This document shows positions 12,461-26,109 of a DNA stretch of 64,000 nucleotides, piece by piece. The notes beneath the pieces were generated by a model. The model was not told the origin of the DNA. It saw nothing but the letters and a program-made list of their open reading frames with translations, and searched no databases. The translations under genes and the position numbers were made by a program. Source of the stretch: Felis catus (Eukaryota); the NCBI RefSeq assembly GCF_018350175.1, contig NC_058368.1, positions 232,626,001 to 232,690,000 of the forward strand, written 5' to 3'. The stretch's first letter is position 1, and each line of letters starts with the position of its first letter.

Positions 12461-13789
12461 GAATTTAAAAAAGTGATTTGGAAGTCAACCCTGAATGTGA
12501 AGATGTCTTAAGAATGTCTCTATTTATTTTATCTCATTTTTTTTCTCCTTTTTAATTACTGACAACAACAGTATATGGCAAACAATGATATAGAAATAAA
12601 TATAATGTGGGTTTTTTTTTTTTTAACAAATGAAGATTCAAGTGAAAAAAAAATGTTGTAAACAAATGCTTGGACCACATTTATTTTCTTCCTTCTTGGA
12701 TTCTCCAGTGGATCCTTTATTTAAGTGCAGACACCGAGTCTATCTTGCTAATTCCACGTGCATGCTAAGTTATGACCAGAAATGTCAACAGAGGAAAAAA
12801 AAATAAACATCAGCAATTAAATCATATCTTTACTCTAAACACAGAACTAATCTCGATTTCCAGCTCCGCTTTCTCTGCCCAACTTTTCCTGATCTAATTA
12901 TATACTTTTCTCTTTGGAAATAAAATCTGTCTCTCTAATACTGTTGTCTGGTTGTTTTTTCCAGTCCTGAAGAGTTCACATGCATTTGGGTCTAAAAAGT
13001 CTCTTTCATTCCCTAAGTCTTGGTGGTATGCTAAAACAAACAAACAAACGAACAAAAACTTCACATTAGATACTGATTGAGACACTTTGCCATATCCTTA
13101 CTGAATTAGAGTCTCTTCCTGTAATCTAAGATATTAATCTATCATCAATATTGGAGCTTTTCCATGACTCTGTCGGAAATGAAAAAGAGGCAAATTGGCT
13201 GGGACATCAGCAAATCCATCAGGACAACTTAGAGAGTCTAATAAGTTTCGACAGATGATCAGATACTCCTCTTACTTCAATTTAAATTCTTCCCATTGGG
13301 AACTGGTACATTTTAAGGAAACTATGAGAGCTTAGAAGACTATAGTAGGTGTTCAAAACAAATAATTGAATGAATGAATACAAGTTGAGAGCAAAATTGC
13401 AACTCAGAATTGCAAAAGACAACATTTAAAGACAAACATAGAACTTTCCAAGCATCCTACATCATCCTGCAGAGTTATATACATCGGTTTTCTTTGTGTT
13501 CATCGGAAAACTAAAACTAAATAAAATCCTTTATTTCATTTCACATATTCACCTACAAATGTATTATTTTCGTCAGTATTGCCCACTTTTCCAATGCCAT
13601 AGTCTATGGTAACAGCAGCCCTTCATAATACCAAAGAAACTACAGAATTAATTTTTGTTTGTCAAAAAAACTATTGGGAAAGAAATGGCACATGGCAGCC
13701 TTCTCATTTTAGAAATTCATGGAAACACATTAAAGGGAAAACAACTCACATTCACAGGCCTGATGACCAAACCAGAGTAACAATTTAAA

Positions 13790-13996
13790 AAAAATTATGT
13801 TTATTTATGTTTGAGACAGGGAGAAACAGAACATGAGTGGGAGAGGAGCAGAGAGAGAGGGAGACACAGAATCCGAAGCAGGCTCCAGGCTCTGAGCTGC
13901 TAGCACAGAGCCCAACACGGGGCTCAAACTTGTGACCTGTGAGATCATGACCTGAGCTGAAGTCAGACGCTTAACCGACTGAGACACCTAGGTGAC

Positions 13997-13997
<1 letters not shown>
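13790..13997 (-). mobile_element. Can-SINE followed by (TG)n at 13999-14040
   Basis: antisense SINE body. Confidence 0.93.
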
Positions 13998-14044
<47 letters not shown>

Positions 14045-14802
14045 ATTTTTTTTAACAATTCATTTATCCATGGGTCAGGGTAAAATGGTTAATTGACTGA
14101 ACACTGAAGTTGTTATACACTAAATATTCAGGATTTTTAAAACTTCTAGGTAGCTATTGATTATAAATTACTCGAAAGGTCAGAAAAAGAGTATAACTCA
14201 GACGTGACTAAATTTAACAACCTACCTGAAGGAGGCAATCGATCCACACTAACACTACTCTTCTTTCCCATGGCCCAAAACAAGCAGATGAACGATCAAC
14301 AAAATAGAAGCCAACAGTCAGTGAAACGTGTTTTCAGTGTTTGTAGCATATGTTATTTAACATTCAGTCTTGCCTCTATTTATTGTGTTTTCCCCCTAAA
14401 AACATCTGTATGATTTAAAAACCGGTTGTTTTTGAGACAATGAACAACTGTTTAGAGAATCTTTCCCAATGTGTAAAAATAGCTACACGACCAAAATGTT
14501 CTGGGAATTTTGAAAGGAATGAAGAAATAGAAGATTCTAGGCTGATACTCCTCCAACCAACAATAAGAAAGCAACTTTTGAGAGTTATTGTCCGTTATTG
14601 GCTTAGTTTTGAAGTGCGTATGCCAAAGTACATGTACTTCCCTCAACTCCTGCCATTTTCCAATTTATTACTTTCTCTCATTTAATTTTCCAGTGATTTC
14701 TAGCGTCCTGTGGCAAATCTTATTATCTATATTTAGAAAATGTAGAAAACATAGTTGAAGAAAAAATAAGTGTGGGAACTCTCCTCATCTATGTTACTTT
14801 AA

Positions 14803-14825
14803 GTTTTTTTTAGTGTTCATTCGTT

Positions 14826-14862
<37 letters not shown>

Positions 14863-15013
14863 ACAAACAGGGGAGGGGCAGAGAGAGGGAGACACGGAAT
14901 CTGAAGTAGGCTCTGGGCTTTGTGGCCTGACGCAGGGCTCCAACCCACAAACCGTGACATCATGACCTGCCCTGAAGTCAGACGCTTAACCGGCTGAGCC
15001 ACCCAGGCGCCCC
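14803..15013 (-). mobile_element. Can-SINE
   Basis: antisense body; degenerate TSD ctcatct.tg.t.ctttaa. Confidence 0.93.
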
Positions 15014-15299
15014 TCATCTCTGCTGCTTTAAATGAGAACTCCATAAACAGGTATGTAACACTTGCAACGATACAGCTAATTGTGATTCTGGTTTCCCCAG
15101 ATTATTCTTGCTGAAGCATTTCTGAAATCCAAAGGTTGGACAAAAATGTCAACTTGAAATCTAAAAGATAAAGAAGCGATCAACCAAATTGAGAAACTGT
15201 AATACAGGAAAGGCAATGTAAAGGAAAACGGTCGTAAGCTACATTCATGACAAATATATACATCTATAAATTCTAATTAATTCTGAATGTATTTCAAGG

Positions 15300-15675
15300 A
15301 TATATATATATACACACATATATGTAAAGTAACATTTTTATATATTTTATTTATATATATTATATTATTATATAATTATAATATAATATACTATATTATG
15401 TAATAATTATTATATAATATATTTTATATTAATAATTATAACTATATTTTATTATATAATAATATAGTATATATTATATAAATATATTATATTTATATAT
15501 TATATATGACATATATTATTATATATAATATTATATTAATATAATATAACATATTATATTAATATAATATAACATATTATATTATATATAAATACATATT
15601 ATATTATATATAATACATATATACATACATTGTTATATATATTATATATATGACATATATATATAATATATATAA
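15300..15675. repeat. AT-rich low-complexity/(TA)n array
   Basis: about 375 bp almost entirely A/T. Confidence 0.95.
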
Positions 15676-15886
15676 AGTTTATTTATTTATTTTGAGAGAG
15701 AGAAGCAAGAATGTGCATGCTCATACAAGTGGAAGAGGGGCAGAAAGAGACAGAGAGAGAATCCCAAGCAGGCTCCGTGGTGTCAGCACAGAGCCCAACA
15801 TGGGGCTCAAACTCACAAACGATGATATCATAACCTGAGCAGAGATCAAGAGTTGGATGCTTAAACAGCTGGAGCCACCCAGGGAC
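15676..15886 (-). mobile_element. Can-SINE (older)
   Basis: antisense body; TSD atttcaagg at 15291 and 15890. Confidence 0.9.
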
Positions 15887-16104
15887 TCCATTTCAAGGGT
15901 CTATTAATCAAAATATGAACAGGTAAGTTAATTCTAAAAATGTTTTGTAACACAATTTAATATGCAGTTTGCAAAATCATTGTCTATGCTGCCAATGTTC
16001 TTAGCAAACTGCTTGGAAGAAACGGTAGTTATTGAGACTATAAATTTCATCCTCTGCTTCCTTTGGAGAAGCTCAGGTGCTGGTGTTTGAGGGCAAGATC
16101 CAGT

Positions 16105-16482
16105 GAGTTAGTGTCCCAGGGCTGCCCTCGCAAAGCACTACAGACTGGGAGATTTGAACGACAGAACTGTGTTTTCTCGGAATTACAGAGGCTGGCACTC
16201 TGAGATGGAGGTGTCCACAGAGTTCTTTCCTCTGAGGCCTCTCCAGGAGGCATGTAGATGACCACCTTCTCCCTCCTCGTGTTGTCTTCCTCTGTGAGTG
16301 GCTGTGTCCTAATCTCCTTTTTAAGAAGAGATTCATATTGGGTTAGGACCCACCCTCATGGCCTCACCTAACCCAACTGTCTCTTTAAAGCCCCTAATCC
16401 CCCACACGGTCTGAGGATTGAAGGAGTTATGACTTCAACACATGGGGTGCAGTGGAGGTGGGGACACAACTCAGTCCATAAA
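16105..16482 (-). mobile_element. MaLR LTR (MLT1-type)
   Basis: ttagtgtcccagggctgcc...gggacacaactcagtccataa resembles MLT1 antisense. Confidence 0.8.
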
Positions 16483-16496
16483 GTCTAGTAACATAT

Positions 16497-17233
16497 TGTT
16501 GTAGACTCTGGGTCTGGAGTTCTCTCTTGTCCAGCAAGAGAGTGGGATGCAGGATTGAAATGTGAGAGAGGCTAATGTCCGGGTGGAGATGAGAACCCCG
16601 AGTAAGGGTCCTTGCTCCGTTTTTATTAGGATCAGAAGGCTTACCAGCATGCTGGGCGTGCACAAAGAGACAATGAAACCATGAACATTAACTCATGGGC
16701 ACAGGGAAAAGGGGGTTTTGGAGATATGCGGTGTCAGGGGTTTGGGTCAATACAAAATAAGGTTCTGGTGCTGGGTGGAAGGCTGTTTACAGCAAACATG
16801 AGGCACCACCTCTATTTACCTGAACTGCTCTAGGGGACAAGAAAGATAGAGCATGCTACCTCAGGGTCAACAAGGCACCATTCTTTTGCTAATTAGCTGC
16901 CCTAGGGGCAACTTCACCCTGCTGCAGTCTATAGCCCTGTTTTCCCATTTACCTATTTTGGTCCTTCCTTCCTGTCAAAGCAGCTTTCTGCTATTGTACT
17001 AAGTTGGGGGGCACTTCTGCCCTGAATACCTAATCTTGTTTACCTCATCTTGGATGCTTCCATTCTGAGATTTCCTATTCCTATACCTTTGTCTTATACT
17101 GGGGGCCTTTGCCCCATTTACCTAATCTGTTTTACTAATCTTGGATGCGTACATCCTGTGGCTTTCTACTTCTTTATGCCTTGTTAACCCCCATTAGTGC
17201 AAGCTCAGGGAATTTCTAAGCTTATTCCCCACA
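16497..17233 (-). mobile_element. ERV2/betaretrovirus-like solo LTR
   Basis: minus strand starts tgtggggaataag and ends ctacaaca; AATAAA near 16622; 6-bp TSD acatat/acatac. Confidence 0.75.
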
Positions 17234-17586
17234 ACATACAAATTTCTAAAATCCTCGATACATTTATTTCCTTTATGTCACTGATCGTATGGATGTCTGA
17301 AAAATGAATTCACTCATTTGTATATGATAAAAATAAAACTCAACATCCCAGTAAGTTACTATTAAGAAAAATGTCCACACAGAACTACAATCTGCTGTGA
17401 AGGGGTTATACACGTTTCTCACTAATTTTCATAAGAATACTAGCAAGTGTTTAAGGACGAAACTTGTTTCTGAAAGATTTCAAAAAAATTGGTGTCACCA
17501 ATCGTGTTGTCTTTTCATTAATATTCATAAGTATAGTATCATATGACTCATTCACACTTTCTTAGCTCAATAAAGGATACTGTGTT

Positions 17587-17737
17587 GGGTAGCTGGGTGG
17601 TTCAGTTGATCAAGTGCCCGAATCTTGGTTTCCACTCAGGTCATGATCTTATGGTTGGCGAGTTCAAGCCCCATGTTGGGCTCTGAGCTGCCAGTGCAGA
17701 GTCTGCTTGGGATTTTCTCTCTCCCTCTCTCTTCCTT

Positions 17738-17772
<35 letters not shown>

Positions 17773-17794
17773 ATAAATAAACTTAAAAAAAATA
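17587..17794 (+). mobile_element. Can-SINE (older)
   Basis: TSD aataaaggatac. Confidence 0.92.
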
Positions 17795-18291
17795 AATAAA
17801 GGATACAAGGTAGGCAACAGAAGCATGTTGTCCTTGTCATGCTCACTAAAAACAACACAAACACAGGCAGTGTTTCCAGAACATGGAACGTGTATGGAGC
17901 ACTTCAAGAGTAATTATTTTAAACAAACATAAAAAAAATGCTAAATTTCTGTGAAACTATAAACAGAGTGCACTATGGCAGGAGATATGGCAGGAGATAC
18001 TTCCCACTGGTTTAATTCAACATAATGATTTAAAAGTCAGGGAATTACCGCTCTCTCTACGTAATCATATGCGTTTATCGCTTGAAGAAACAGTTGATTT
18101 ATCACATATTTTATGTTGCAAAGATGATTACATTGACTTGGTAAATTTCTTCAGGCTTTCTATTTAAATATGTGGGTTTGTTGTTGTTGTTGTTGTTGTT
18201 TTTTATAAAGAGGGAAACACAGAAAAGGAGCCTGAAGTTGTGTCTGTAGCTCTGCGTGTGGTTAGACAGGAAAAAACAGAAACCAAAAACA

Positions 18292-18326
<35 letters not shown>

Positions 18327-18796
18327 AAAAACCCAAAACAAAACAATTCCTTAAAGCTAAGAAGAAAGTACACTACAGATTTTGTCCTTATGTGCCTGAT
18401 AAATCCACTGTGAATTGATGCGAAGAGGGAGCCACTCAGGAATGCCCAGACAAGGTATCTCAGAGCATTTGCACTCTCGGCTTTTAGGCTCCTGGTTTAT
18501 TATAAACATACACGGATGCCAAAACGAAATTTCAGAACACGCACCCATGCACACACACATACAAACACACAGACAGAAGGACTATATATCATTTTAAGAA
18601 AAGATCAGGTTAATTTGAAGGCTTTTGCTCACATGTTCCCATGACGTGCACCTGTGCCCAAACCCATGTGCCCACGGACTCGGTACCCTTGCTGTCTCCC
18701 CGGGACAGACTCACAGGCAGCAATGCCAACCCAGGACTGGAAAGTTCTGGTTTAATCATGAATGGCCCCATCTCCGTGTGCTTTTAGCTTCCTCGT

Positions 18797-19335
18797 TGGG
18801 TTAGTTTCCTATGGCTGCTCCAGTAAATGACCACAGACCGGGGAACGGAAAACAAGTTAAATGTATTTTCTTACTATTTTGGAGGTCAAAGGTTTGCAGC
18901 GGGTTTCACTGAATGAACATCAAGGTGTCAGTTGGGATGGTTTCTTCCTGGAGGTTCCAAGAGAGAACCCACTTCCTCACTCTTCCAGGCTCTTCCAGGC
19001 TTTTCCAGGCTGCCCACATCCTAGTCTTGGAGCTCCCTTCCTCCACCTCCAAAGCCGGCGATGGCATGTCCTGTCGCTTTCCCCACCTCCCTTCCACTGT
19101 CCCACGTCTCCGATGCATGTTCTGCCTTCTTCCGCTTTCGAAGGCCTGTGTGATTACACTGCATCCACTAAGATGATCCAGGAGAATTGCCCTATTTTAA
19201 GATCAGCTTATTAGCAACATTATTTCACTTGCGACCTTAATTTTCTTTTGCCAGGTAACATAACGTACTCACCAATTCTGGACATTTTGACATGGAGATC
19301 TTTAAGGTGGAGGGGGGCTTCATTCTACCTACCTC
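18797..19335 (-). mobile_element. MaLR LTR (MLT1C/D-like)
   Basis: ttagtttcctatggctgct...gattacactgcatccac...cattctacctacc. Confidence 0.75.
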
Positions 19336-19405
19336 ACTCATTTTTAATTAAAAAGAAGTATATTAGTCAATGACTATCATAAGGACTAGATATATGCAAG
19401 AGGCA

Positions 19406-19586
19406 GGGGCCCCTGGGTGACTTAGTCAGTTAAGGGTCTTTTTATTTCGGCTCAGGTCCTGATCTCACGGTTCTTGGGATAGAGCCCCGCATAGGGCTCT
19501 GGGCTGAGAGTGTGGTGCCTGCTTGGGATTCTCTTCCTCTCTCTCTCTCTCCTCCCCCACTCATGCTCTCTCTCTCAAAATAAATA

Positions 19587-19630
<44 letters not shown>
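19406..19630 (+). mobile_element. Can-SINE with (TA)n tail
   Basis: TSD caagaggca/caagaagca. Confidence 0.9.
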
Positions 19631-19634
<4 letters not shown>

Positions 19635-20551
19635 GAAGCAAATAAGGTCTGGAAAGAAATAGATTACATGAAGTTATTGAACTTTGGTACACTGGGTGGG
19701 GTGGCTCAAAACCCGGGCAGATGGGAATAAAATTGATACATGGTGAAATGGAGATGTGGGTCCGTGGCATACAGAACAATTTCAACTCTGTCTCTGTCTC
19801 TGTCTTTCTCTCTGTGTGAGATCTGGTGTTACCCTTCAGGCACAAGACGAAGTATCAGGTTACATGGCAAATAGTATTCTCCAGAAAAAATAATACACAT
19901 AGGGAGTATTACAGAGTAATACTGTGAGTAAACAGAGCAGGAACAGGTAAGCCAGGAAGTTTCCCACAGACAAGTACAGCCAGTCAAAATTAGTTCTACT
20001 GAGGTTTTCAAATCTTCCTTGATATCACAAGAAAATTAGGGCTCTAACAAGTAATAGCAAAAATCCAAGTTCATGTGTTACTATTCACTACAAAATAAAA
20101 TTTCAAACAGTGGTATTTGTTTCAGTAGGGAAAGGAAACACACGTGTTAAACAAAATAAAACTTTGCAGTGAAAAACAAGGGCGTTAATTCATTGTGAAT
20201 AACTGTAGTGATTTCCTTAAAACCCTATCTTTCTCAGTCACCATCTCTTCTATCTGGACCCTGAGGGCTGATGCTGGAGGTCCTGGTGCAGAAACCCCAC
20301 AACGTTGCCCTGAAGAAGGTAGCGATGGCTTGCTATTGGCCTGGGCTGGTCACAGCAGTGGGAGAAGGAACTCTTCCCAAGCCTGTTGAGGGCGTTTTCA
20401 CACATGAAGTCAGAGGTCCTGAGTTCCTTTGGACAGGCTCCCAAGTTCTCTGATCTATTTCCTCCCCTAAATGTTGGGATAATAATGAGACCTGCTCCGT
20501 GTCGGCCCCTGGAGTCAAAGGAGGCCAGGTACGTAGGAAAAGGTGTGAGAC

Positions 20552-21155
20552 ACTGTGTTAAGGTTTCCACAGAAACAAAACAAATTACATATATAAGTAT
20601 ATATTAACATACATATTAAAATATATATATATTTACATGCACACATATAGGAGGCACTTTATTATAGGAATGGTTAACACGGACATAGAGGCTGAGAAGT
20701 CCCACCCTATGCCATGTGTAAGCTGGAGAATGAGCAAGAAGCTGGTAGTGTCCTTCAGTTCAAGTCCAAAGGCCCGAGCACCAGGGGAACCAACAGTGCG
20801 ACATTCAATCAGAGCCCGTAGGCCTGAGCATCAGGGGGGCGGATGACGTAAGTCCTGATCAGAGTTCGAAGGCTGAAGAACCAAGAACACTGATGTCCGG
20901 GGGCAGGAGAAGATGGCCTTCCTAGCTCAACAGAGAGAGTGGAGTCACTGTTCTGCCCACCATTTTTTCCATCAGGCTCTCAACGGATCGTCAGATGCCC
21001 ACCCACATTGGTGAGGGTGATCTCTACTCAGCCTGCTGATTCAAATGCTGGTCTCCTCCTGAAACCCCCTCACAGACACGCCCCAGAAAGAATATTTCAC
21101 TAGCTATCTGGGCATCCCTAAGCCCCGTCAAAATGACACATAATTATCTACCACA
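20552..21155 (-). mobile_element. ERVL LTR (MLT2-type)
   Basis: gaggctgagaagtcccac...gcccacccacattggtgaggg...ccccgtcaaaatgacacataa. Confidence 0.85.
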
Positions 21156-23516
21156 GATGCAGAGCCTTATACAAATGTTAGTGCTGATTTGAAAGTGACA
21201 TACACCTTCTAGTAGGTAATACAGTTTAGTAGGAGTGTCAGGGCTGCCTGCTACCTCATCATGAGCGTCCTCGTCGTGTAGAACACCAGACCCATTTCTT
21301 CATGCATCATAACTTTAGAAGAGAAAGATTTTCCGTGAAAGGAAGGGATAGCTCCCACCCTTCAATTTCCGTTCCCCCACAGGCACAGGCTAAAGGCGTC
21401 GATGGCCCCCTCATTACTGGAAAACCAACTGTCTGTATTCTGGCCCTGTGGTAGAAACCCTGAAGAACAATGAGGGGAAGTGAATATTTGTAAACAAGAA
21501 GACCAGGGGCTCACTGTGCATTACAGCATCATTAAATATATTTGCTCTAAACACTAGATACGTTGCAGGTCATTAGTAGCTGTGAAAATGTGAAAAATGT
21601 TAGCACACACCCTGCAGTACTAAAAAGAGAGTGAAAAGTCATGATTTCCAGGGCCCAGCGTTAACCTATGGAAATAAATATGAGAATGTGGTTGTAATTA
21701 TAAATCCAACAATGCTTTATCCCCTCGCAGTTCCTGAGCCACAAAACTGTGATTTATTCTTCATTTTTCTTGCTGCCTTAAATCTTTAAAAATGTAACCT
21801 CTGCTGTTTTTCAAAAAAAATGGACGTCTTGGGCAGTGGATTGGGTTCAGGAAAATGGGCCCCTCATGTCTCCTGTTTATATTTTATTTACATCCAGGGT
21901 GTCACCGAGGCCCAGCCCTCTCAATAACTAATGAAAAGTAATTATTGGATCCCCCAAATCAGACGTTTGAGTTTATAGTCTGGGCCTCGAATAAATACTC
22001 TCCAATGATGCCCAGTGTATTGGGCAATGATGCTCCTTGAATTCCCATTGTATCCAAAGATAAGTGATTTCTTTATGATCTTCCTCTCATATCACTCCAA
22101 AAGAGATGCCTTCAGAAATTAATCCAAACTTTTGTTCAGAGCCCATCACCAAAATAGCAAAAATGAAATTCTTTTGAGCTGCCCAATCAATGGTTTGGGA
22201 ATTAAAATAAAACAATATAATATAAAAACAAACCTAGGAGGAAGTTCTTCAAGGTTGGGACTAATTCTCTAGTTGGCATTAAATTTCCTTTGTTAAAGTT
22301 GTCATAGAATGTGTTTTTGAAACTTGCTATGCTCATATAGGAGCCTTAAGTTTCTGATTCCTTTGTCAACCATGACTTATCACTGGTCTCCCCTCCCCTT
22401 TGATGGGGAGTATAGGGTGAGGGGTGTGGGAGCGCCACTTGAAATGGTGTTTCCCAGAATGGGGCCCATCAAGTACCTGTCGAACTCAAGTGTTGGGGGA
22501 AGGGGGGCAGGGAAATCAGATGGGCAGATGGTGATGAAATCATTGCAACATGGGGAGAGATGTGCACCTCACAAGACGATGACACCTTGGGTCTATCTTC
22601 ACAAGCAAAGCTGGCCTTACTCGTGACTTTTTTTCCCTCTCCACTATGGTCCATGTTCAGGCTGGAACAAGGGTGTATTACAAAGAAGGTAACTATCCAG
22701 CATCCATGATCCAAGAGCCATTTTGCCATAATTCAGTGAATCATTGACAGGAAAACTGATGCCTTGTCTGTCATCGGTTTGTTTGTTCTTAGACACTTTG
22801 ACAATCTTAGAAAACATGCATTTTAAGTCAAAGTGGTGAAAGGGCCATGATGACTCCAAATGTAATCCACATCTACAGCACAGTTTGCGACACAGCCCCA
22901 GAGAGGCTGTCTGGCAGCCTGGCTGGTCAGTGAGTCAAAGCTAGTAGCATGGAAGGTGGCTTAAAGCCCACAAATACAATTCATCTCCCCGTGTCAAAGA
23001 CAAGATGCAGCTGCCCCCTCCCTCAAAAGAACAGGTCATTTGCCCAAAGCACTAGTGGCAAGAGCTGGTGGTGAAGTTGTTACAGATGAATGAAGTAAGG
23101 GGATTTCACTGAATGTCCCACTTGAAAACTCCATGCGGCACATTTACGTTTCTGTCTTAGTTTGATTTCTTCAGAATGAGGAGCTTGGTTGAGGTTTGAG
23201 TTATAAATCAGAATTACAGGTTGACACCGACGACCGGAATGGAGAAGTAGCGGGATTGGGTACAAAGGGATCAACAAAGCCTCGGTCAACCTGGTGAGGA
23301 GTTCTGGCACAAGTAGTGTGCGTCAGGCCAAGATGGCAGGCCAGTATACACCTGCCCCGTTCAGTCTCCAGGGATACTACCCACAAAGACAGACACAGAG
23401 TGAGGTTGCTGCCTGTAGCGAAGTGGGTTCTGAAGGATCTGACTCTAGCTCATTCTGCCACGTCCAGTCTTTGCAGCGAGGTGGCAAACCCTTCTTTGAA
23501 GGGAGATCTAGGAAGT

Positions 23517-23576
23517 TATATATTAGTCAGGGTTCTCCAGACAACCATATTTACGCTAGGATTCACGCGTGAGCGT

Positions 23577-23610
<34 letters not shown>

Positions 23611-23828
23611 TGAAGTGTCAGTTGGCAGACTAGACACCCGGGAGAGTCCATGGTGCAGTTAAAGTCTGGAGCTTGCTTTTTTTATCCTAGTCAGGCCTTC
23701 AGCTGAGTGAGAGACACCTGAGATTATTAGGTTATGGAGAACAATCTTCTTTCTCCAAAGTTCACCTATTTATATGATAATGTCATCCCAAAACACCCTC
23801 CAAATGGACACATAAACTTAACCATCAA
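23517..23828 (-). mobile_element. ERVL LTR (MLT2-type), partial, containing (CA)n
   Basis: tattagtcagggttctccaga...gacacataaacttaaccatca. Confidence 0.8.
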
Positions 23829-24532
23829 AAAGATGCCTCTCTCTGTTGATGACCTTCTCAAGGTCTCTTCCTGAGCACTCGTGTCTCGTTCTAAAATGTT
23901 TTCCACCAGAGGTCAATCCAGATCTCAGATAGGCTTTTTAGGTTATCTGCAAAGACACTGCCCTCCTCCTCATGGCCCCAAGCACTATTTTGTCCCTGAC
24001 TCCAACGTACTGGCCGGGCCACCGGGCACTTTTTCTGGAGTTTATACACTAAAACCGATGAATGGCCTGAGAAAACAGTAAGAAATGCTGAGCCAAAGAA
24101 CTCCTTAATTTTAGAAAAAGCAAAGGAAAGAGATAATACGCTCTCACACCGTTCAAAGTGGCAGATAAATAATTAATAAATTCTATTATCTATAAAAGTT
24201 AACTTCAGGGCTACCGACTTAGGTCTGTATTCCACCTGAATATGTTCGTTTAGAGAAATCGAGAACCCGAGAAGTCAATCACAAATGAACGGAGACACTG
24301 AGCAAAGGTTTTAAAGCGTTCATCATTGAAAGAGACATATTCTGAGCGGCTCTGATGAAGGAAACAGTGAAAATCCTATGGAGGCGAAAGGATCATTAAA
24401 AAGGTTGAAGAAACCGAGCGTCTGCAACTAGATCCACACTTGGTATGACAGTCGTTTGTGACCAAAGGTTTCAAAGATATTCAAGGGGAAAAGGTAAGTT
24501 TTCTTAACAAGCGGTATGAAAAAAGTGGCCTA

Positions 24533-25033
24533 GGGAATCCTGCCTTGTTCAGAATTTCGATTTCTGCTGCTTCAAGTACCTGCAGTCAACTGCCCCCCGG
24601 GGACAGATGCAGCTACTTCTGATGTACCGTCAGAAGGTCACCAGTAGCCTAACGCCACGTCACCGCGCCTGCATCATTTGCCTCGCTACATCTCATCACA
24701 TGGGCACTTGATCATCTCACATCATCACCAAAAGAAGGGAGGACAGCACGGTAAGATTTTTTCAGAGAGAGAGAGAGAGGCTGCATCCACAAGGCTTTTA
24801 TTATATTTGTTATAACTGTTCTATTTTTAGATATTGTTGATTATCTCTTAGTGTGGCTAATGTGTAAATTAAACTTTATCATTGATATTATATATAAGGA
24901 AGAAAACATTCTATCGATCGATCGACCTATCGATCTATCATCTATCTATCTAGCATTTAGTACTAGCCATGGTTTCAGGCATTTACTGGGGGTCCTGAAA
25001 CACATCTCCCACAAATAAAGGAGGCACTGCTGT
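24533..25033. mobile_element. MER44-type (Tigger/TcMar) non-autonomous DNA transposon
   Basis: catctcatcac...atctcacatcatcac; ggtttcaggcatttactgggggtcctgaaac terminal region. Confidence 0.8.
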
Positions 25034-25135
25034 ATCTATACGGACAAAATTTACCTCACATGATATATGTATGAAAACTAACTCAAGATGGATCAGATAC
25101 TTAAACGTAAGAGCTAAAAAGTAAAAACATTTTAT

Positions 25136-25357
25136 TAAAAAAAAATTTTTTTTTAATGTTTATTTATTTTTGAGACAGAGAGAGACAGAGCATGAACGGG
25201 GGAGGGTCGGAGAGAGAGGGAGACACAGAATCTGAAACAGGCTCCAGGCTCTGAGCTGTCAGCACAGAGCCCGACGTGGGGCTCGAACTCACGGACCGTG
25301 AGGTCATGACCTGAGCCGAAGTCAGACGCTTAACTGACTGAGCCACCCAGGTGCCCC
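25136..25357 (-). mobile_element. Can-SINE (SINEC_Fc-type)
   Basis: perfect TSD aaaaagtaaaaacatttta. Confidence 0.96.
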
Positions 25358-25483
25358 AAAAAGTAAAAACATTTTAAAGAGAACATAAAAGAATGTCTTT
25401 GCCACGTGGGACTAGGCAAAAGTTTCTTAGAAAGTCTACAAAAAGCACCAATTATAAACATTTTTTAGAAGACAAACTGTTGT

Positions 25484-25708
25484 GGGGCGCCTGGGTGGCG
25501 CAGTCGGTTAAGCGTCCGACTTCAGCCAGGTCACGATCTCGCGGTCCGGGAGTTCGAGCCCCGCGTCAGGCTCTGGGCTGATGGCTCGGAGCCTGGAGCC
25601 TGTTTCCGATTCTGTGTCTCCCTCTCTCTCTGCCCCTCCCCCGTTCATGCTCTGTCTCTCTCTGTCCCAAAAATAAATAAACATTGAAAAAAAAATTTAA
25701 AAAAAAAA
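25484..25708 (+). mobile_element. Young feline Can-SINE (SINEC_Fc)
   Basis: perfect TSD agaagacaaactgttgt. Confidence 0.97.
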
Positions 25709-25884
25709 AGAAGACAAACTGTTGTTGGTCAAAACTAATCCCTCCTGCACTTGGTAAGTTACTTTTACGTAAAGAAAGACCAGCCAGAGTTTAGGAGGAA
25801 AATACGTGAAGCACATAAGAGGTAAAAATCTTGTATCCAGAAGGAATACACTGAAGGAATTTTCATTATTCAAAAATCAGAAGA

Positions 25885-26109
25885 GGGGCGCCTGGGTGGC
25901 TCAGTCGGTTAAGGGTCTGACTTCAGCTCAGGACATGGTCTCACGGTTCGTGGGTTCGAACCCCATGTCGGGCTCTGTGCTGACAGCTCACAGCCTGGAG
26001 CCTGCTTCGGATTCTGTGTCTCCTTCTCTCTCTGCCCCTCCCCTGCTCATGGTCTGTCTCTCTCTGTCTCTAAAAAATAAATAAACATTAAAAAAAACTT
26101 AAAAAATAT
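25885..26109 (+). mobile_element. Can-SINE
   Basis: TSD atcagaaga. Confidence 0.95.
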
